Origin: a virus
Taxonomy: Duplodnaviria; Caudoviricetes
Length of the DNA stretch: 64,000 bases
Virus record (IMG/VR): IMGVR_UViG_3300023047_000002
Strand: one strand, 5' to 3'
Positions 18,704-28,815 of this stretch are shown here, in pieces; positions within the stretch are counted from its first letter, which is position 1; each line of letters starts with the position of its first letter. The position numbers and the translations under genes are program-made. The notes under the pieces were generated by a model. The model ran no database searches. It was given only the letters and a program-made list of their open reading frames with translations, and had not been told where the DNA came from.

Positions 18704-21079
18704 ATGGCATTAGAATCCACACGTACAATTAAAGAACTATCCGAAGAATGCGAAGCACGGAGACTTCACGTGAAACCAACAGGTAAGAATGGCAAATATT
18801 TAAAAGAGGATTATATACGTGCGTTACGTGCTGATTATCTTGTTGAGCGTTACGGCGAACCGGACGGAGTTCCGTTTCCTTTACGGTTCATGCTGACGAT
18901 GGACTGTCCGATGCTGTGTAAACGATACGCTGCGATTAAGAAACCATCAGAGCAAATTGCCATATGGAAAAACGACGGAAAATACGCAGTTGAAGAGAAA
19001 ATCGATGGTTGTTTTCATTATTCAACACCAGTTCTTCTCGCTGATGGAACCACAATGCCCATAGGAGAAATCGTTGAAAAGAAACTTTCAATAGAAGTGC
19101 TTTCGTTTGATGAAACAACGCAAACACTGGTGCCTAGAAAAGTAGTCAGTTGGTTTGACAATGGGTATAAAAAGGCTTCCCAGTGGTTGAGGTTGAAAAA
19201 TATAGGCAAGACCAACGCACCATTCAGAAATGTTCGCCATCAAGGTGTTTTAATAACTCGTAATCATTCCATTTGGTCGGAAGGAGGATGGTTACCTGCC
19301 GAAGCTGCTAAAACTGTGAACATGATTACTCTTGGCATGAATAAAACACAAAAGCAAGTCATGTATGGATGTGTGCTTGGTGACGGCACGTGTTCGTATT
19401 CACGTAAAGAAGACAAGAACGCTTATTTTCAGTTTGTTCATTCTGTGAAGCAGAAAGACTACTTTGACAAAAAAGCTCTTTTGTTTTCTAGGTTTCCTCA
19501 CAAAATTTCTGTAAACACATCTGGCTATGGTTCTGAGATTCATTCGTTTCGTGTAAATGCTTGTGCTGATGCCACAAGTCTTCGGACAAATGGATATTGT
19601 GATGGTCATCGTAAAGTCACACAAAGCTACTTATCCGAAGTTGGAACCCTTGGACTTGCTATATGGTTTATGGATGATGGTTCACGTATAAAAGAAAGAG
19701 ATGAACTTGCATGTCATTCAACAAATAAATTCTCTCGTGCAACCTTCTCAGCTTATCGGTACACTGAAAGTGACGTTCGAGAGCTTGTGTCGTGGTTAAA
19801 TTCCTATGGCTATGAGGCGTCTGCTCACATGACAACACGAAAAAGTAAAAATCTTGGGTATGTAATCCAGTTGTCATCCAGTGGGAGTCAGTTATTTTTC
19901 AAAGACATCGCACCATATGTTCCTGTCTCAATGGAATACAAACTGCCTTTGGAGTTTCGTGGGGGACATAAAGAGTGTTGGTGGGATAACAACTCACCGG
20001 ACTACAAAACTGTCTCGACACCTGTTACATGGAGCTTTAATGACCGCAGTAATTGTGACCGTACAATAACATCAACGAAGGCATACGATATTGAAGTAGA
20101 AGGATGTCACAGCTATGTGGCTAATGGTATGGTCGTTCACAATTCCAGAAGCATCTTGATTTATGATGCAGAACGTAAAGAGTTCGACTTTTACTCGCGC
20201 CACAATAGCGTTACAGACTTTTTGCCTATCTCGTACAAGAGCACTATCCGTACTTTCGGAACATTCACATCAGATACTAACTTCGTTCTCGACTGTGAAA
20301 TCATCGCAACCAATTCAAACACAAAAGCTCGTAAGACATGCACCACTCAGCTTAATTCAACATCTGCTTTGCTTGCGATGAACCCGGCAGAAAGTTTTGA
20401 AATTCAAAAGGATAGTCCGTTGATGTTCGTCATCTTTGACTGCCTTTACGATGGCGTTGATTTGCGTTCGCTTCCGTGGAAGGAACGTCATCCTCATGCC
20501 GAACGTCTTGCGAAAGAACTTTCCGACGCAGGGTTCCTATGCAAGATCAATCCATACGTGCTTGAAAACAAACGTGACTTCTATGAAAACATCATCCGAC
20601 AGGGCGGGGAAGGCATTGTTGCAAAATTGGTTGATGCACCTTACACATCAACAACTTCACGAACTAACGATATGATTAAAGTCAAGAGAACCATTCAATG
20701 TGATCTGCTCCGTGATTTGGACGCGTGGGTGTCTGGTTACACAGAAGCAACAAAAGGAAAAGCCAATGAAAACTATATCGGAGGTCTTTGTTTCTCCGTA
20801 AAGATTCGTGACAAGGAAGGAAACGTATCCGTTCGTGAAATCGGACGTGTTGCAGGTATTCCACAAGATCTCCGTATTGAGATGACTGATTACGACGATA
20901 ATGGAAACCCAAAGCTGAAACATGAATACTATGGTCGTGTTGCAACGCTGTCAGGGCAGGACATTTCCGGCGTCAATATGCGAATCACACATTGCACGTT
21001 GAAAGAATGGCGTCCTGATAAAGGACCATCAGACTGTGAAACACTCGAAATGTCTGAATTGGAAAAACTCATTCTGTGA
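18704..21079 (+). CDS. ATP-dependent DNA ligase, intein-containing
   Basis: Motif I EEKIDG|SR, plus LDCEII, FVIFDCL, GGEGIVAK, IKVKR and WRPDK. Confidence 0.9.
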   Translation: MALESTRTIKELSEECEARRLHVKPTGKNGKYLKEDYIRALRADYLVERYGEPDGVPFPLRFMLTMDCPMLCKRYAAIKKPSEQIAIWKNDGKYAVEEKIDGCFHYSTPVLLADGTTMPIGEIVEKKLSIEVLSFDETTQTLVPRKVVSWFDNGYKKASQWLRLKNIGKTNAPFRNVRHQGVLITRNHSIWSEGGWLPAEAAKTVNMITLGMNKTQKQVMYGCVLGDGTCSYSRKEDKNAYFQFVHSVKQKDYFDKKALLFSRFPHKISVNTSGYGSEIHSFRVNACADATSLRTNGYCDGHRKVTQSYLSEVGTLGLAIWFMDDGSRIKERDELACHSTNKFSRATFSAYRYTESDVRELVSWLNSYGYEASAHMTTRKSKNLGYVIQLSSSGSQLFFKDIAPYVPVSMEYKLPLEFRGGHKECWWDNNSPDYKTVSTPVTWSFNDRSNCDRTITSTKAYDIEVEGCHSYVANGMVVHNSRSILIYDAERKEFDFYSRHNSVTDFLPISYKSTIRTFGTFTSDTNFVLDCEIIATNSNTKARKTCTTQLNSTSALLAMNPAESFEIQKDSPLMFVIFDCLYDGVDLRSLPWKERHPHAERLAKELSDAGFLCKINPYVLENKRDFYENIIRQGGEGIVAKLVDAPYTSTTSRTNDMIKVKRTIQCDLLRDLDAWVSGYTEATKGKANENYIGGLCFSVKIRDKEGNVSVREIGRVAGIPQDLRIEMTDYDDNGNPKLKHEYYGRVATLSGQDISGVNMRITHCTLKEWRPDKGPSDCETLEMSELEKLIL
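19010..20143 (+). mobile_element. Intein (378 aa) with LAGLIDADG homing endonuclease in ligase motif I
   Basis: CFHYSTPVLLADG...TRNH...VVHN|S; endonuclease motifs GCVLGDG and AIWFMDDG. Confidence 0.92.
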
Positions 21080-21115
21080 TGATTTCACACGTTTAAAGGA
21101 ACACACAAAATAATC

Positions 21116-21156
21116 GTGGTGCTGACAAACGTCACGAGGATCTCTTGTGTTACACG
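21116..21156 (+). promoter_or_regulatory. GTGGTGCTG-class promoter
   Basis: GTGGTGCTG-N26-TACACG with TGt extension, followed by a 14-bp-stem leader hairpin. Confidence 0.7.
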
Positions 21157-21237
21157 TTATCTGTGACAACGAAATAATGTCACAGATAACGCATCAGAAT
21201 CCAGACAAACCTAACAAATCACATCACGGAGAAATCA

Positions 21238-24200
21238 ATGTCTGACGAACTTTATACCAATAATGATGAATGGATGGACAACCCTGAGGACATTAACGAT
21301 AACGACACCGAAGATAAAGAGGACGTTTCATATCTGTTCAACACACCTGACTTTCTTAAACCAAACACAGACACAGAATCTCAAAATGTAACCTTGTCAA
21401 CAATCATAAATTCAAGATTACAAGGTTATGGAGTTGTCAAGGATTTTGAAAACGAAGACCGTAAAGAAGTGGAAACGTCTCCTGATGAACAGCTTCGTGC
21501 TTCACTGAAACAGAAGACTTTCTCCAAGTCTGAAATTCAGAGGTCTATTGATGACTTTCGCCGTGAGGTACAAACAAAGATAACGACGAAAGACCTTGTA
21601 GACACAATCGTTGAAGTTGCGTCTGGATACAAATCCAAAGGAGACAAACTTGACCTGCTAGGATGGGATATCCTTGATACGGAAAAGAGACATTATAAGT
21701 ATGTGCCTTTACAAGCAATTACTGATTTCTCACGCCGCGATACGACCATCCGTAAAGCCGTATTTCGTAACAGTTTTGTGAACTTCATTAAAACAGGCGA
21801 GAAAAAGTTCGTTCCTGTTCTCGGCGATGAACTTGTTTCGTTCATAATTGAAGAAGTGTTTCAGTCACCTGACTTGTTACCTGCTTCACAAGGGTACGAC
21901 ATGTTTAGACGCATGGCACGTGGTGTACGTGGCGATGGTACTCCATTCTCAGTAAGTGAACTGGCAGACAGCATTAGATTCTCTTGCACACCGGATGCAC
22001 TGCGTGTCAAATTCAATACGCTTGTGTCTCAGAATAAAAACGGCGGTTCGACATTGGTTTCATACTACGCAAAACACAATATCAGTTTGGATAAAGAACA
22101 GCTGTCACGTGATTTTTCTGCACGGATTTCGACCTCCTGCAAGCGTGTTGTCGAAAGCGGTCAGTTCGGTTTTGTTCAAGAAGAAACCATCGACACTTTA
22201 AAAGCGATGGACTCTATTATTCAAGAGATGATAAAGCGTAACCTTTTCCATGTACTTATAGGACCCGCAGGGTCTGGCAAGGCGATGCCGAAAGACATGA
22301 AAATCCCAACCCCTGATGGTGAGAAAACTTTTGGAGAACTCAAAGTAGGAGACTTTGTATTTGACCGTAAGGGACACCCAACTAAAGTTTTAGGTGTGTA
22401 TGATCGTGGCGTTCGTCCGTGTTTTGAGCTTACTTTTTCAGACGGTAGAAAAACACGTTGCTGTGACGAACATCTGTGGACTTGTTATACTTCAAAAAAC
22501 AACTTCAAAACTCTTACATTAAGGGAGATGATGGAACTTGGAATCCGTCACGAAGGTCGCAAAGAAGGTGCGAGATTCCGTATACCAACAAACGAATGCG
22601 TCGAATATGAGCAAAAGACTTTACCCGTTCACCCGTACATCGTCGGTGCATTCCTCGGTGACGGGTGCTGTAAAGAACTCAACCTTACCTTGTCTTCAGA
22701 CGACATTCCAGTAGTGGAGAGGGTAGCAGCTCTCTTAAATGCTACATATAAAAAGACTAGCACACAGAATTATTCATGGATATTCATAAAGAACGGGCAC
22801 CCACTTAAAACTAAGGATGTGTTTAAAGAGGTTGCTCCATGTCTCATACAGGGTTCTAATGACAAGAGGGTTCCTTCAGATTACTTGTACGGTTCCCGTG
22901 AACAAAGAATTGCTCTTCTTCAAGGACTGTTCGACACAGACGGGAGTGTGTCATACAGGTCAAACGGGATGGCAAACTTCTCAACAACAAGTAAAACTCT
23001 GTATGAAAATGTGTCTTACCTGCTGAGAAGTCTTGGTGTGCAGGTTTCAAACAAGTCAAAACCTGTATGCCGTGGACGGGTAAAACATGACGGTACATGT
23101 TCAGTCGATTATACGCTCATTACTTACTTAAAACCAGAACAGTTTGAAATGTGTTTCTCCTTGCCTAGACAGTTAGACAAGCTAAAAACAGTATATGGCA
23201 CTTTCAAACAACCTGCAAAACGTACCGACCGTGTTGCCTTAGTTGATGTGCGTGAGGTTGAACCTTGTGAACAACAATGCATTTTAGTCGATAATGAAGA
23301 ACATCTATTTCTCGCCAACGATTTCATCGTTACACACAACACACATAAAGCAGTCAATGAATACTTCCCGACTCTGGAACAAAAACGAGGTAAAGGGACG
23401 TTGCTCGTATCTCTATCCACATTGGTTGCAATCAATGGAGCTGATCGTGCAACAAAACGTAATAAACCAACCAATCCTTGTTCCATTACCATGTTCAACT
23501 TCTGTAATAAAAATCCTCTTCGTTGTGCATGGGTTACTGGGTATGACACTTACTGTATTGACGAGTTCTCACAGTGGGGACTTGAGCAGCTTGACACGTT
23601 CATGTCGATATTAAAAAGAGCTTATCAAGAGCGTTCAAACCTTGTTATTCTTGGTGACCTTGTTCAGATAGGAACATTCCTTGGCAGAGGAAATCTGCTG
23701 TACATGCTGACTGCTAATTACCCATACACGGAACTAAGCACAAACCACAGAATTAAGGACGCAAGAATCAGCGAGGTCATTGACGATATAAGAATCAGAC
23801 AGACACGCTCTTTTGAACCATTTCGGATGGATCTTATTTCATTACAAGCCTTCCTGCACAAGAAACCCTCTAAAAGTGAAATGTGTATCACTGGAAGCAA
23901 CGCGTATGCCGGACTTGTGAACGAACTAAAACTGGAAGCAGAACTTAGACAATCCATTAACGACAAACTTCCGAACTTCTATGTGCCATCAGGAACCTCC
24001 GACTGGAATGATTATGACGTATGGAATCAAAACGAAGAATGGATTCGAACACGAATGAAAAAAACATCATTGAAGGTACGACCGAAAGAGAACTACAGAT
24101 TTGAACAAGGAATCGGTAAAAGCCTTCGTGCGTCATACAGCACAAAGTTTTTACGAAATGAAACATGCATTGCAATGATGTCATCAGAGTTTACCGTATG

Positions 24201-24579
24201 CGTCACTTCATGTGTATTCAAAACAAACGGAGTCTTCAAGACAGCAAACATTTCGTGGGGAGACTTCATTCAAAATTTCGTTCCATATTATGCAATCACT
24301 GTGAACAAAGCACAAGGGCTTGAATGGGATGACGTAGTTGTTCTGTACGGAAATCCTGAAAAATTGGACGAACGTCAAGGTGCATATGTTCCAAAGAAGA
24401 ACTACAACCTAAACAGTTCTGATGCAGTACAAGCAACCTACGTTGCCATATCAAGACCACGTGAAACATTACGAATTTATTACGATGGAGTACGGACAAC
24501 AAAACAAAACACACCCGTGTTCGCAAATCATCTGGACATCCTTAAAGAATTAGAACTTACTGTTACAAAAGGAGCTTAA
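21238..24579 (+). CDS. RecD/Dda-like SF1B helicase, intein-containing
   Basis: Motifs GPAGSGK|T, IDEFSQ, LGDLVQ, TNHR, YAITVNKAQGLEW and YVAISRPR. Confidence 0.88.
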   Translation: MSDELYTNNDEWMDNPEDINDNDTEDKEDVSYLFNTPDFLKPNTDTESQNVTLSTIINSRLQGYGVVKDFENEDRKEVETSPDEQLRASLKQKTFSKSEIQRSIDDFRREVQTKITTKDLVDTIVEVASGYKSKGDKLDLLGWDILDTEKRHYKYVPLQAITDFSRRDTTIRKAVFRNSFVNFIKTGEKKFVPVLGDELVSFIIEEVFQSPDLLPASQGYDMFRRMARGVRGDGTPFSVSELADSIRFSCTPDALRVKFNTLVSQNKNGGSTLVSYYAKHNISLDKEQLSRDFSARISTSCKRVVESGQFGFVQEETIDTLKAMDSIIQEMIKRNLFHVLIGPAGSGKAMPKDMKIPTPDGEKTFGELKVGDFVFDRKGHPTKVLGVYDRGVRPCFELTFSDGRKTRCCDEHLWTCYTSKNNFKTLTLREMMELGIRHEGRKEGARFRIPTNECVEYEQKTLPVHPYIVGAFLGDGCCKELNLTLSSDDIPVVERVAALLNATYKKTSTQNYSWIFIKNGHPLKTKDVFKEVAPCLIQGSNDKRVPSDYLYGSREQRIALLQGLFDTDGSVSYRSNGMANFSTTSKTLYENVSYLLRSLGVQVSNKSKPVCRGRVKHDGTCSVDYTLITYLKPEQFEMCFSLPRQLDKLKTVYGTFKQPAKRTDRVALVDVREVEPCEQQCILVDNEEHLFLANDFIVTHNTHKAVNEYFPTLEQKRGKGTLLVSLSTLVAINGADRATKRNKPTNPCSITMFNFCNKNPLRCAWVTGYDTYCIDEFSQWGLEQLDTFMSILKRAYQERSNLVILGDLVQIGTFLGRGNLLYMLTANYPYTELSTNHRIKDARISEVIDDIRIRQTRSFEPFRMDLISLQAFLHKKPSKSEMCITGSNAYAGLVNELKLEAELRQSINDKLPNFYVPSGTSDWNDYDVWNQNEEWIRTRMKKTSLKVRPKENYRFEQGIGKSLRASYSTKFLRNETCIAMMSSEFTVCVTSCVFKTNGVFKTANISWGDFIQNFVPYYAITVNKAQGLEWDDVVVLYGNPEKLDERQGAYVPKKNYNLNSSDAVQATYVAISRPRETLRIYYDGVRTTKQNTPVFANHLDILKELELTVTKGA
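22282..23340 (+). mobile_element. Class 3 intein (353 aa, Ala1) with LAGLIDADG endonuclease in the Walker A loop
   Basis: AMPKD...DEHLW...QQCILVD...IVTHN|T gives the W-C-T triplet; endonuclease motifs GAFLGDG and GLFDTDG. Confidence 0.88.
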
Positions 24580-24582
24580 AGC

Positions 24583-25347
24583 ATGAAGTATTTCGCAACT
24601 AAAGAACAGGCAAACATTTACTCAAAAGAAAATGGCGGGTTTGTTTGCAAGATGGAGAACCATGACATCTATGTTGTCCTTCCGACTGACGATAATGACT
24701 ATGATGAAGTGTCCATCATCAGAAGAACCTTTGAAGTGAAGAAAAAAGATGAAGAACAGAAGACATCCCGATTGATTCCCGTGTGGTTACTTGGAGAATC
24801 ACAAACACCTTCGCTCTTTTCCGTACCTGATTCTATTGATGGTGTTGATGAAAGAAAATGGGCACATTTTTTAGCCGTCCTGTCATTAAGCATTTGGTCA
24901 CAGGATCATAAGGAAGACAGACCTTATATTCTTTGCAACGGATTGATGCCGGATGTTTGCATAAATTATTACGTAACATGCACACAGGACGAACTAAAAC
25001 TGTGTAGATGTGATGATTCAAAAATCGTAGAGACCGTAAACAAACCACCGTATACTACTGATGGTTACCGTCCAGAATTCGGTCTGACTCCGTGGATTAC
25101 ACTATGCGATGCATTGAATAACGAAATAGAAAACCATAAAGCAAACAACGAAAAACACGCAGACCTTATGAATCTTAAAAAAGATATCATCAATGCGTTG
25201 GAAGCCTTTTGGGACAATATCAAGACATATCTTGAGACAGAAGACATTAACAAAACGGAGATGTTTGACTCCATAGATGATTTCGCACATAAAATGAAAA
25301 CAGGTATCAAGAACCTTACGCCGAAAGGACAGAAAACACTTTTTTGA
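24583..25347 (+). CDS. Hypothetical protein
   Basis: 254-aa ORF with AGGAG RBS. Confidence 0.7.
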   Translation: MKYFATKEQANIYSKENGGFVCKMENHDIYVVLPTDDNDYDEVSIIRRTFEVKKKDEEQKTSRLIPVWLLGESQTPSLFSVPDSIDGVDERKWAHFLAVLSLSIWSQDHKEDRPYILCNGLMPDVCINYYVTCTQDELKLCRCDDSKIVETVNKPPYTTDGYRPEFGLTPWITLCDALNNEIENHKANNEKHADLMNLKKDIINALEAFWDNIKTYLETEDINKTEMFDSIDDFAHKMKTGIKNLTPKGQKTLF

Positions 25348-25367
25348 GTCTCATAGGTATACTTGAC

Positions 25368-25416
25368 CAGAGGGCGAGCCGCAAGCCCACCTGCCTTTAG
25401 GCGGTGGGTAGTTCAC
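25368..25416 (+). mobile_element. 49-bp IS200/IS605 mini-element (left and right ends sharing one hairpin)
   Basis: TTGAC|CAGAGGGCGAGCCGCAAGCCCACCTGCCTTTAGGCGGTGGGTAGTTCAC. Confidence 0.8.
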
Positions 25417-25534
25417 TTTGGATTCAAAAGGTCGAAAATTTGACACGTTACCATTAAGCGGTAAAAAGGGTTCATCAGACGTGAGAAGCGAGTAACGTCT
25501 GATGAACCCTTTAACTTTTTGCAGGAGTACGACC

Positions 25535-25675
25535 ATGAAAGAATTTTTTGAAAAATACATCATCAATACTGAAGCAGCCATGAGTGGTGAATGGACTGAT
25601 TATGATGCATTCTGGTCTGCCGTGTGTCTCATGGTCGGACTGGTTGGTTTCATGGTGGCTGTGATTCTCATGTGA
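25535..25675 (+). CDS. Small membrane peptide (46 aa)
   Basis: AGGAG RBS, hydrophobic C-terminus, preceded by an 18-bp-stem hairpin. Confidence 0.6.
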   Translation: MKEFFEKYIINTEAAMSGEWTDYDAFWSAVCLMVGLVGFMVAVILM

Positions 25676-25729
25676 ACGATTCCTGAGGGCGAAATAAAAT
25701 CACATCCATAGAGTGGTCAGGTTTGCCTT

Positions 25730-25833
25730 GTACTAAAAAGTTACAAGCCTACCCTAGTAAATACATGGGTAAAATAAAAAATAGCGTAGAACGCAAATTA
25801 GAGGCATTCTACGCTATTTTTTATTTTACCCAT
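25730..25833. repeat. Dispersed intergenic element copy with a 27-bp perfect inverted repeat
   Basis: Colinear with the reverse complement of 52232-52304. Stem ATGGGTAAAATAAAAAATAGCGTAGAA pairs with its complement. Confidence 0.75.
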
Positions 25834-25848
25834 AAAAGGGTGTCGGAA

Positions 25849-26637
25849 TTAACGACGGCCTCTCGGAGCCGGACGACGGGGAGCTTCTTTACGCTCTTCG
25901 TTGCGAGCACGTTTGAGAGCCTGACGACGTTTGAATGCTTCCATACGCTGTTCCATATCACGACGAATTTTACGCTGACGGAAAGATTCTTTAGCTTCCT
26001 TGTCATCATCTTTGTCTTCATCTTCGCCATCTTCGTCTTCAGGATTGAAATATTCTTCAAGACTTTCAGCGAGTTCAGCATCCACATCTTCTTCTGTCTG
26101 TTCAAGAGAAACTTCAACGCTGTTTTCATCATCCAGGTCAATGATGATTTTTGCACCGTCTTCATCGACTTTGACAGGAACTTCAGCATCATCCATCATG
26201 CAGATAGCTTCGGATTCAGGAAGGTTTTCTTTTTCTTCATCATCGTATTCTTTTTCAGGGCAGTCATAGCCTTTAAGGGCATCAACAACCTTGTCAACGA
26301 TGTCTGCAACTTCCATTGTGTCGATAAGATTCTCAGCCTTGTCGTCTTCTTTCTCGTCTTCTTCATAACGGCGAGCACGGAGCGATCGACGGGCAATAAT
26401 TTCATCACGTTCCAAACGACGTGCAGGGCGTCGAAGGTTACCAACTTTGTGACGCGTCGAGCGTTCTTCACGAGCATCACGTTCCAAACGACGTGCAGGG
26501 CGAACAGTACGTGCATGGCGTTCTTCACGTTCATCTTTACGGAAATTTACGATTGTACGGCGTGCAGGACGTTCCTCACGTTCTTCACTACGAATACGGC
26601 TAACTCTACGAATGTTGTTTTTGCGAATCATAATCAT
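25849..26637 (-). CDS. Arg/Glu-rich scaffold- or core-like protein
   Basis: Repeated RPARRLERD, acidic centre and basic ends. Confidence 0.65.
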   Translation of the reverse strand: MIMIRKNNIRRVSRIRSEEREERPARRTIVNFRKDEREERHARTVRPARRLERDAREERSTRHKVGNLRRPARRLERDEIIARRSLRARRYEEDEKEDDKAENLIDTMEVADIVDKVVDALKGYDCPEKEYDDEEKENLPESEAICMMDDAEVPVKVDEDGAKIIIDLDDENSVEVSLEQTEEDVDAELAESLEEYFNPEDEDGEDEDKDDDKEAKESFRQRKIRRDMEQRMEAFKRRQALKRARNEERKEAPRRPAPRGRR

Positions 26638-26720
26638 TCTCCTCACAGAAATTTCGCGAATCTTCTGTCGTGTTTAAGGCGAAACACGAAACCAACGAAC
26701 TGTTTGATATACCAAGGTCT

Positions 26721-28223
26721 TTAACAAGACAATGATTTTGTGAAACTGTTTTCACCGAAAGTCAATGTTACAGTACCTGTTCCTGAATGGGCAAACATAC
26801 CCTGCACAGTCACAACGTCTTCACCTGTTTGAAACACAGCCATCGGAGGGAACATCATCATGGAATCGTCAGACACGTCGATATAAAGAGTTTTACGACG
26901 GTCAACAGGACGGTCAAGTTTCACGTGAAGTGAAAAAGTTTCTCCGACAACAATATCATCTGTAGCAGTGACATGAGCTATTGTGTATGGGAACTTTTCT
27001 TCATCGACACGACATGAAATTTCCTTATCGTTAAAATGTGCGGTAATTTCGTTTTCGTCATCCCAGATAACTACCGTAAAACTTTTCTCTTGCTCGTATG
27101 CATCAAACACAATTCTCTCCGGACAAACCATAAGACGATCAACAGAAAGCCGAACGATTGTCTGTTCAGTAACTTTTCGTGAAAACTTCAATTTCATTTC
27201 AAGGGGTTTTCCGACTGATATGGTTTCCGTCTCGCATGTAAATGACTCAAACTCCAATGGATATTCTGCCACCGTTACCTTTTTCTCTACGGTCTTTCCG
27301 TTATAGCTTGCACGGACAACAGTTTCAAGACCATAGAAGCTGTCAGAGAATGAAGCCTCTGTTTCTCCTTTATTTACGACAACAACGAGACTTGCTATTC
27401 CAAGTTCGTCTTCACATTCAACACGGAACAGCATGTCGAAAGGGGCTGCTTTAGGCAACACAATTTTTCCTTCAATGGATGAGGCATCAGAAAGCACGCT
27501 TTCAGGCAGCTCCAAGTCAAATACCGTTTTAGTGTAAGGACAGTCAGACAGACAAATACGATGGCACACTTTACAGAAGCAAGGAACGTCAGGATAAGTA
27601 GGATCAATAGTCGGATCATCACCAGTCCCAGGAGTGTCACCGGTGTCGGTAGGCGGAAGGTCATCCGTTGGTGTGTCCTCATCGTGACAATGACAGTAAA
27701 GATGTTCGTATCCCCAATGACCAAGCATGGATTCTCCACAGTCTTTTCCTTTACATCCTTCACATCCATCTTCACAGGTACATGGATTATAAAGATGTGA
27801 GTAATCATGCCAATCGTTAGGATTAGGCAAATCCTTCATATCATCAGCATTTGGAATGAAATCGCTTTCATCAGATGTACTCGAAGAGTCGGTACTTGTA
27901 TTGTCGGAACTTGAATCTGATGAAGACGTACCTGAACCGTCTGCTGTTTCACTTACTGTTCCTTTACGTAAGTACTCTGGAATAAACGTACCTCGGTATA
28001 TTTTATCCTCACTTACGTAATGCTTTTTCTCGTATGGTGCTAAGTTTAGTGGATCGGATGAAACAACAATGCAATGCTCATACATGCCGTTAGTCAGCTC
28101 TACCAGAACGCGGTCGCCTTGTGTAAAGGACTCCGACTCCACGACCTTGTAGAGTTTTCGGTAAACGGCATCATGTGTAATTGTCAAATGCGATTCACGT
28201 CTTCGTACAAAATCAATTCCCAT
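26721..28223 (-). CDS. Virion protein with Cys/His-rich linker and C-terminal Ig-like repeats
   Basis: Three beta-rich repeats follow low-complexity Ser/Asp/Thr/Pro and Cys-rich segments. Confidence 0.55.
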   Translation of the reverse strand: MGIDFVRRRESHLTITHDAVYRKLYKVVESESFTQGDRVLVELTNGMYEHCIVVSSDPLNLAPYEKKHYVSEDKIYRGTFIPEYLRKGTVSETADGSGTSSSDSSSDNTSTDSSSTSDESDFIPNADDMKDLPNPNDWHDYSHLYNPCTCEDGCEGCKGKDCGESMLGHWGYEHLYCHCHDEDTPTDDLPPTDTGDTPGTGDDPTIDPTYPDVPCFCKVCHRICLSDCPYTKTVFDLELPESVLSDASSIEGKIVLPKAAPFDMLFRVECEDELGIASLVVVVNKGETEASFSDSFYGLETVVRASYNGKTVEKKVTVAEYPLEFESFTCETETISVGKPLEMKLKFSRKVTEQTIVRLSVDRLMVCPERIVFDAYEQEKSFTVVIWDDENEITAHFNDKEISCRVDEEKFPYTIAHVTATDDIVVGETFSLHVKLDRPVDRRKTLYIDVSDDSMMMFPPMAVFQTGEDVVTVQGMFAHSGTGTVTLTFGENSFTKSLSC

Positions 28224-28623
28224 AGTCACTCCGATCCATCTTTATTCACCATTAATAACTAATGGCTACTATTAAATCACACCAAAACTGGTGTGGAGGG
28301 ATCTCTCATCGCAAGAAATATCTGCTTAAACAGGATGTTTCTTGCTCCGTTTATATCTCTGTCATGCACACGCTAGAAAGTTGGTGGCAGGAAACTATAT
28401 CCAGTACAGAAGATACCACGTATTACCATCGCCACCAACGTCAGAATGGTAAAGAATACAACGGCACAGAAGACGCCTAGAAGAATGTTTAAAAACGCAT
28501 CCATGTCGTTCACATTCCTGTACCTCTTCACAGGTATCACAAGGTTTCGTACAATCATTCCCGTCATCCTTGACCAGACAAATCATATCACAAACATTTC
28601 CAATGAACCCTTCCATCTTCAAA

Positions 28624-28815
28624 TCCATTCTCACGTTTGTTTGGTGAACTACCCACCGCCTAAAGTCGGTGGGCTTCAAATTCATTAGAATTTGATTTAT
28701 CCATTCTCACGAATTGGATTTCCTGTTTCAACGAACAGTCCACTCTACTAGAATTAAACCTAGTTTTGCTTCCCTGCCCTCCACAGGCATAAGTTCCGAT
28801 AGTTCCTACCGTACT
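28624..28815 (-). ncRNA. TnpB omegaRNA (scaffold plus guide CAAACAAACGTGAGAATGGA)
   Basis: Overlaps the tnpB 3' end and right end, as established for TnpB. The 5' limit is approximate. Confidence 0.75.

Noticed and set aside
25723-26724. 333-aa plus-strand ORF
   Set aside because: Phe-rich antisense shadow of the Arg/Glu-rich gene 25849.
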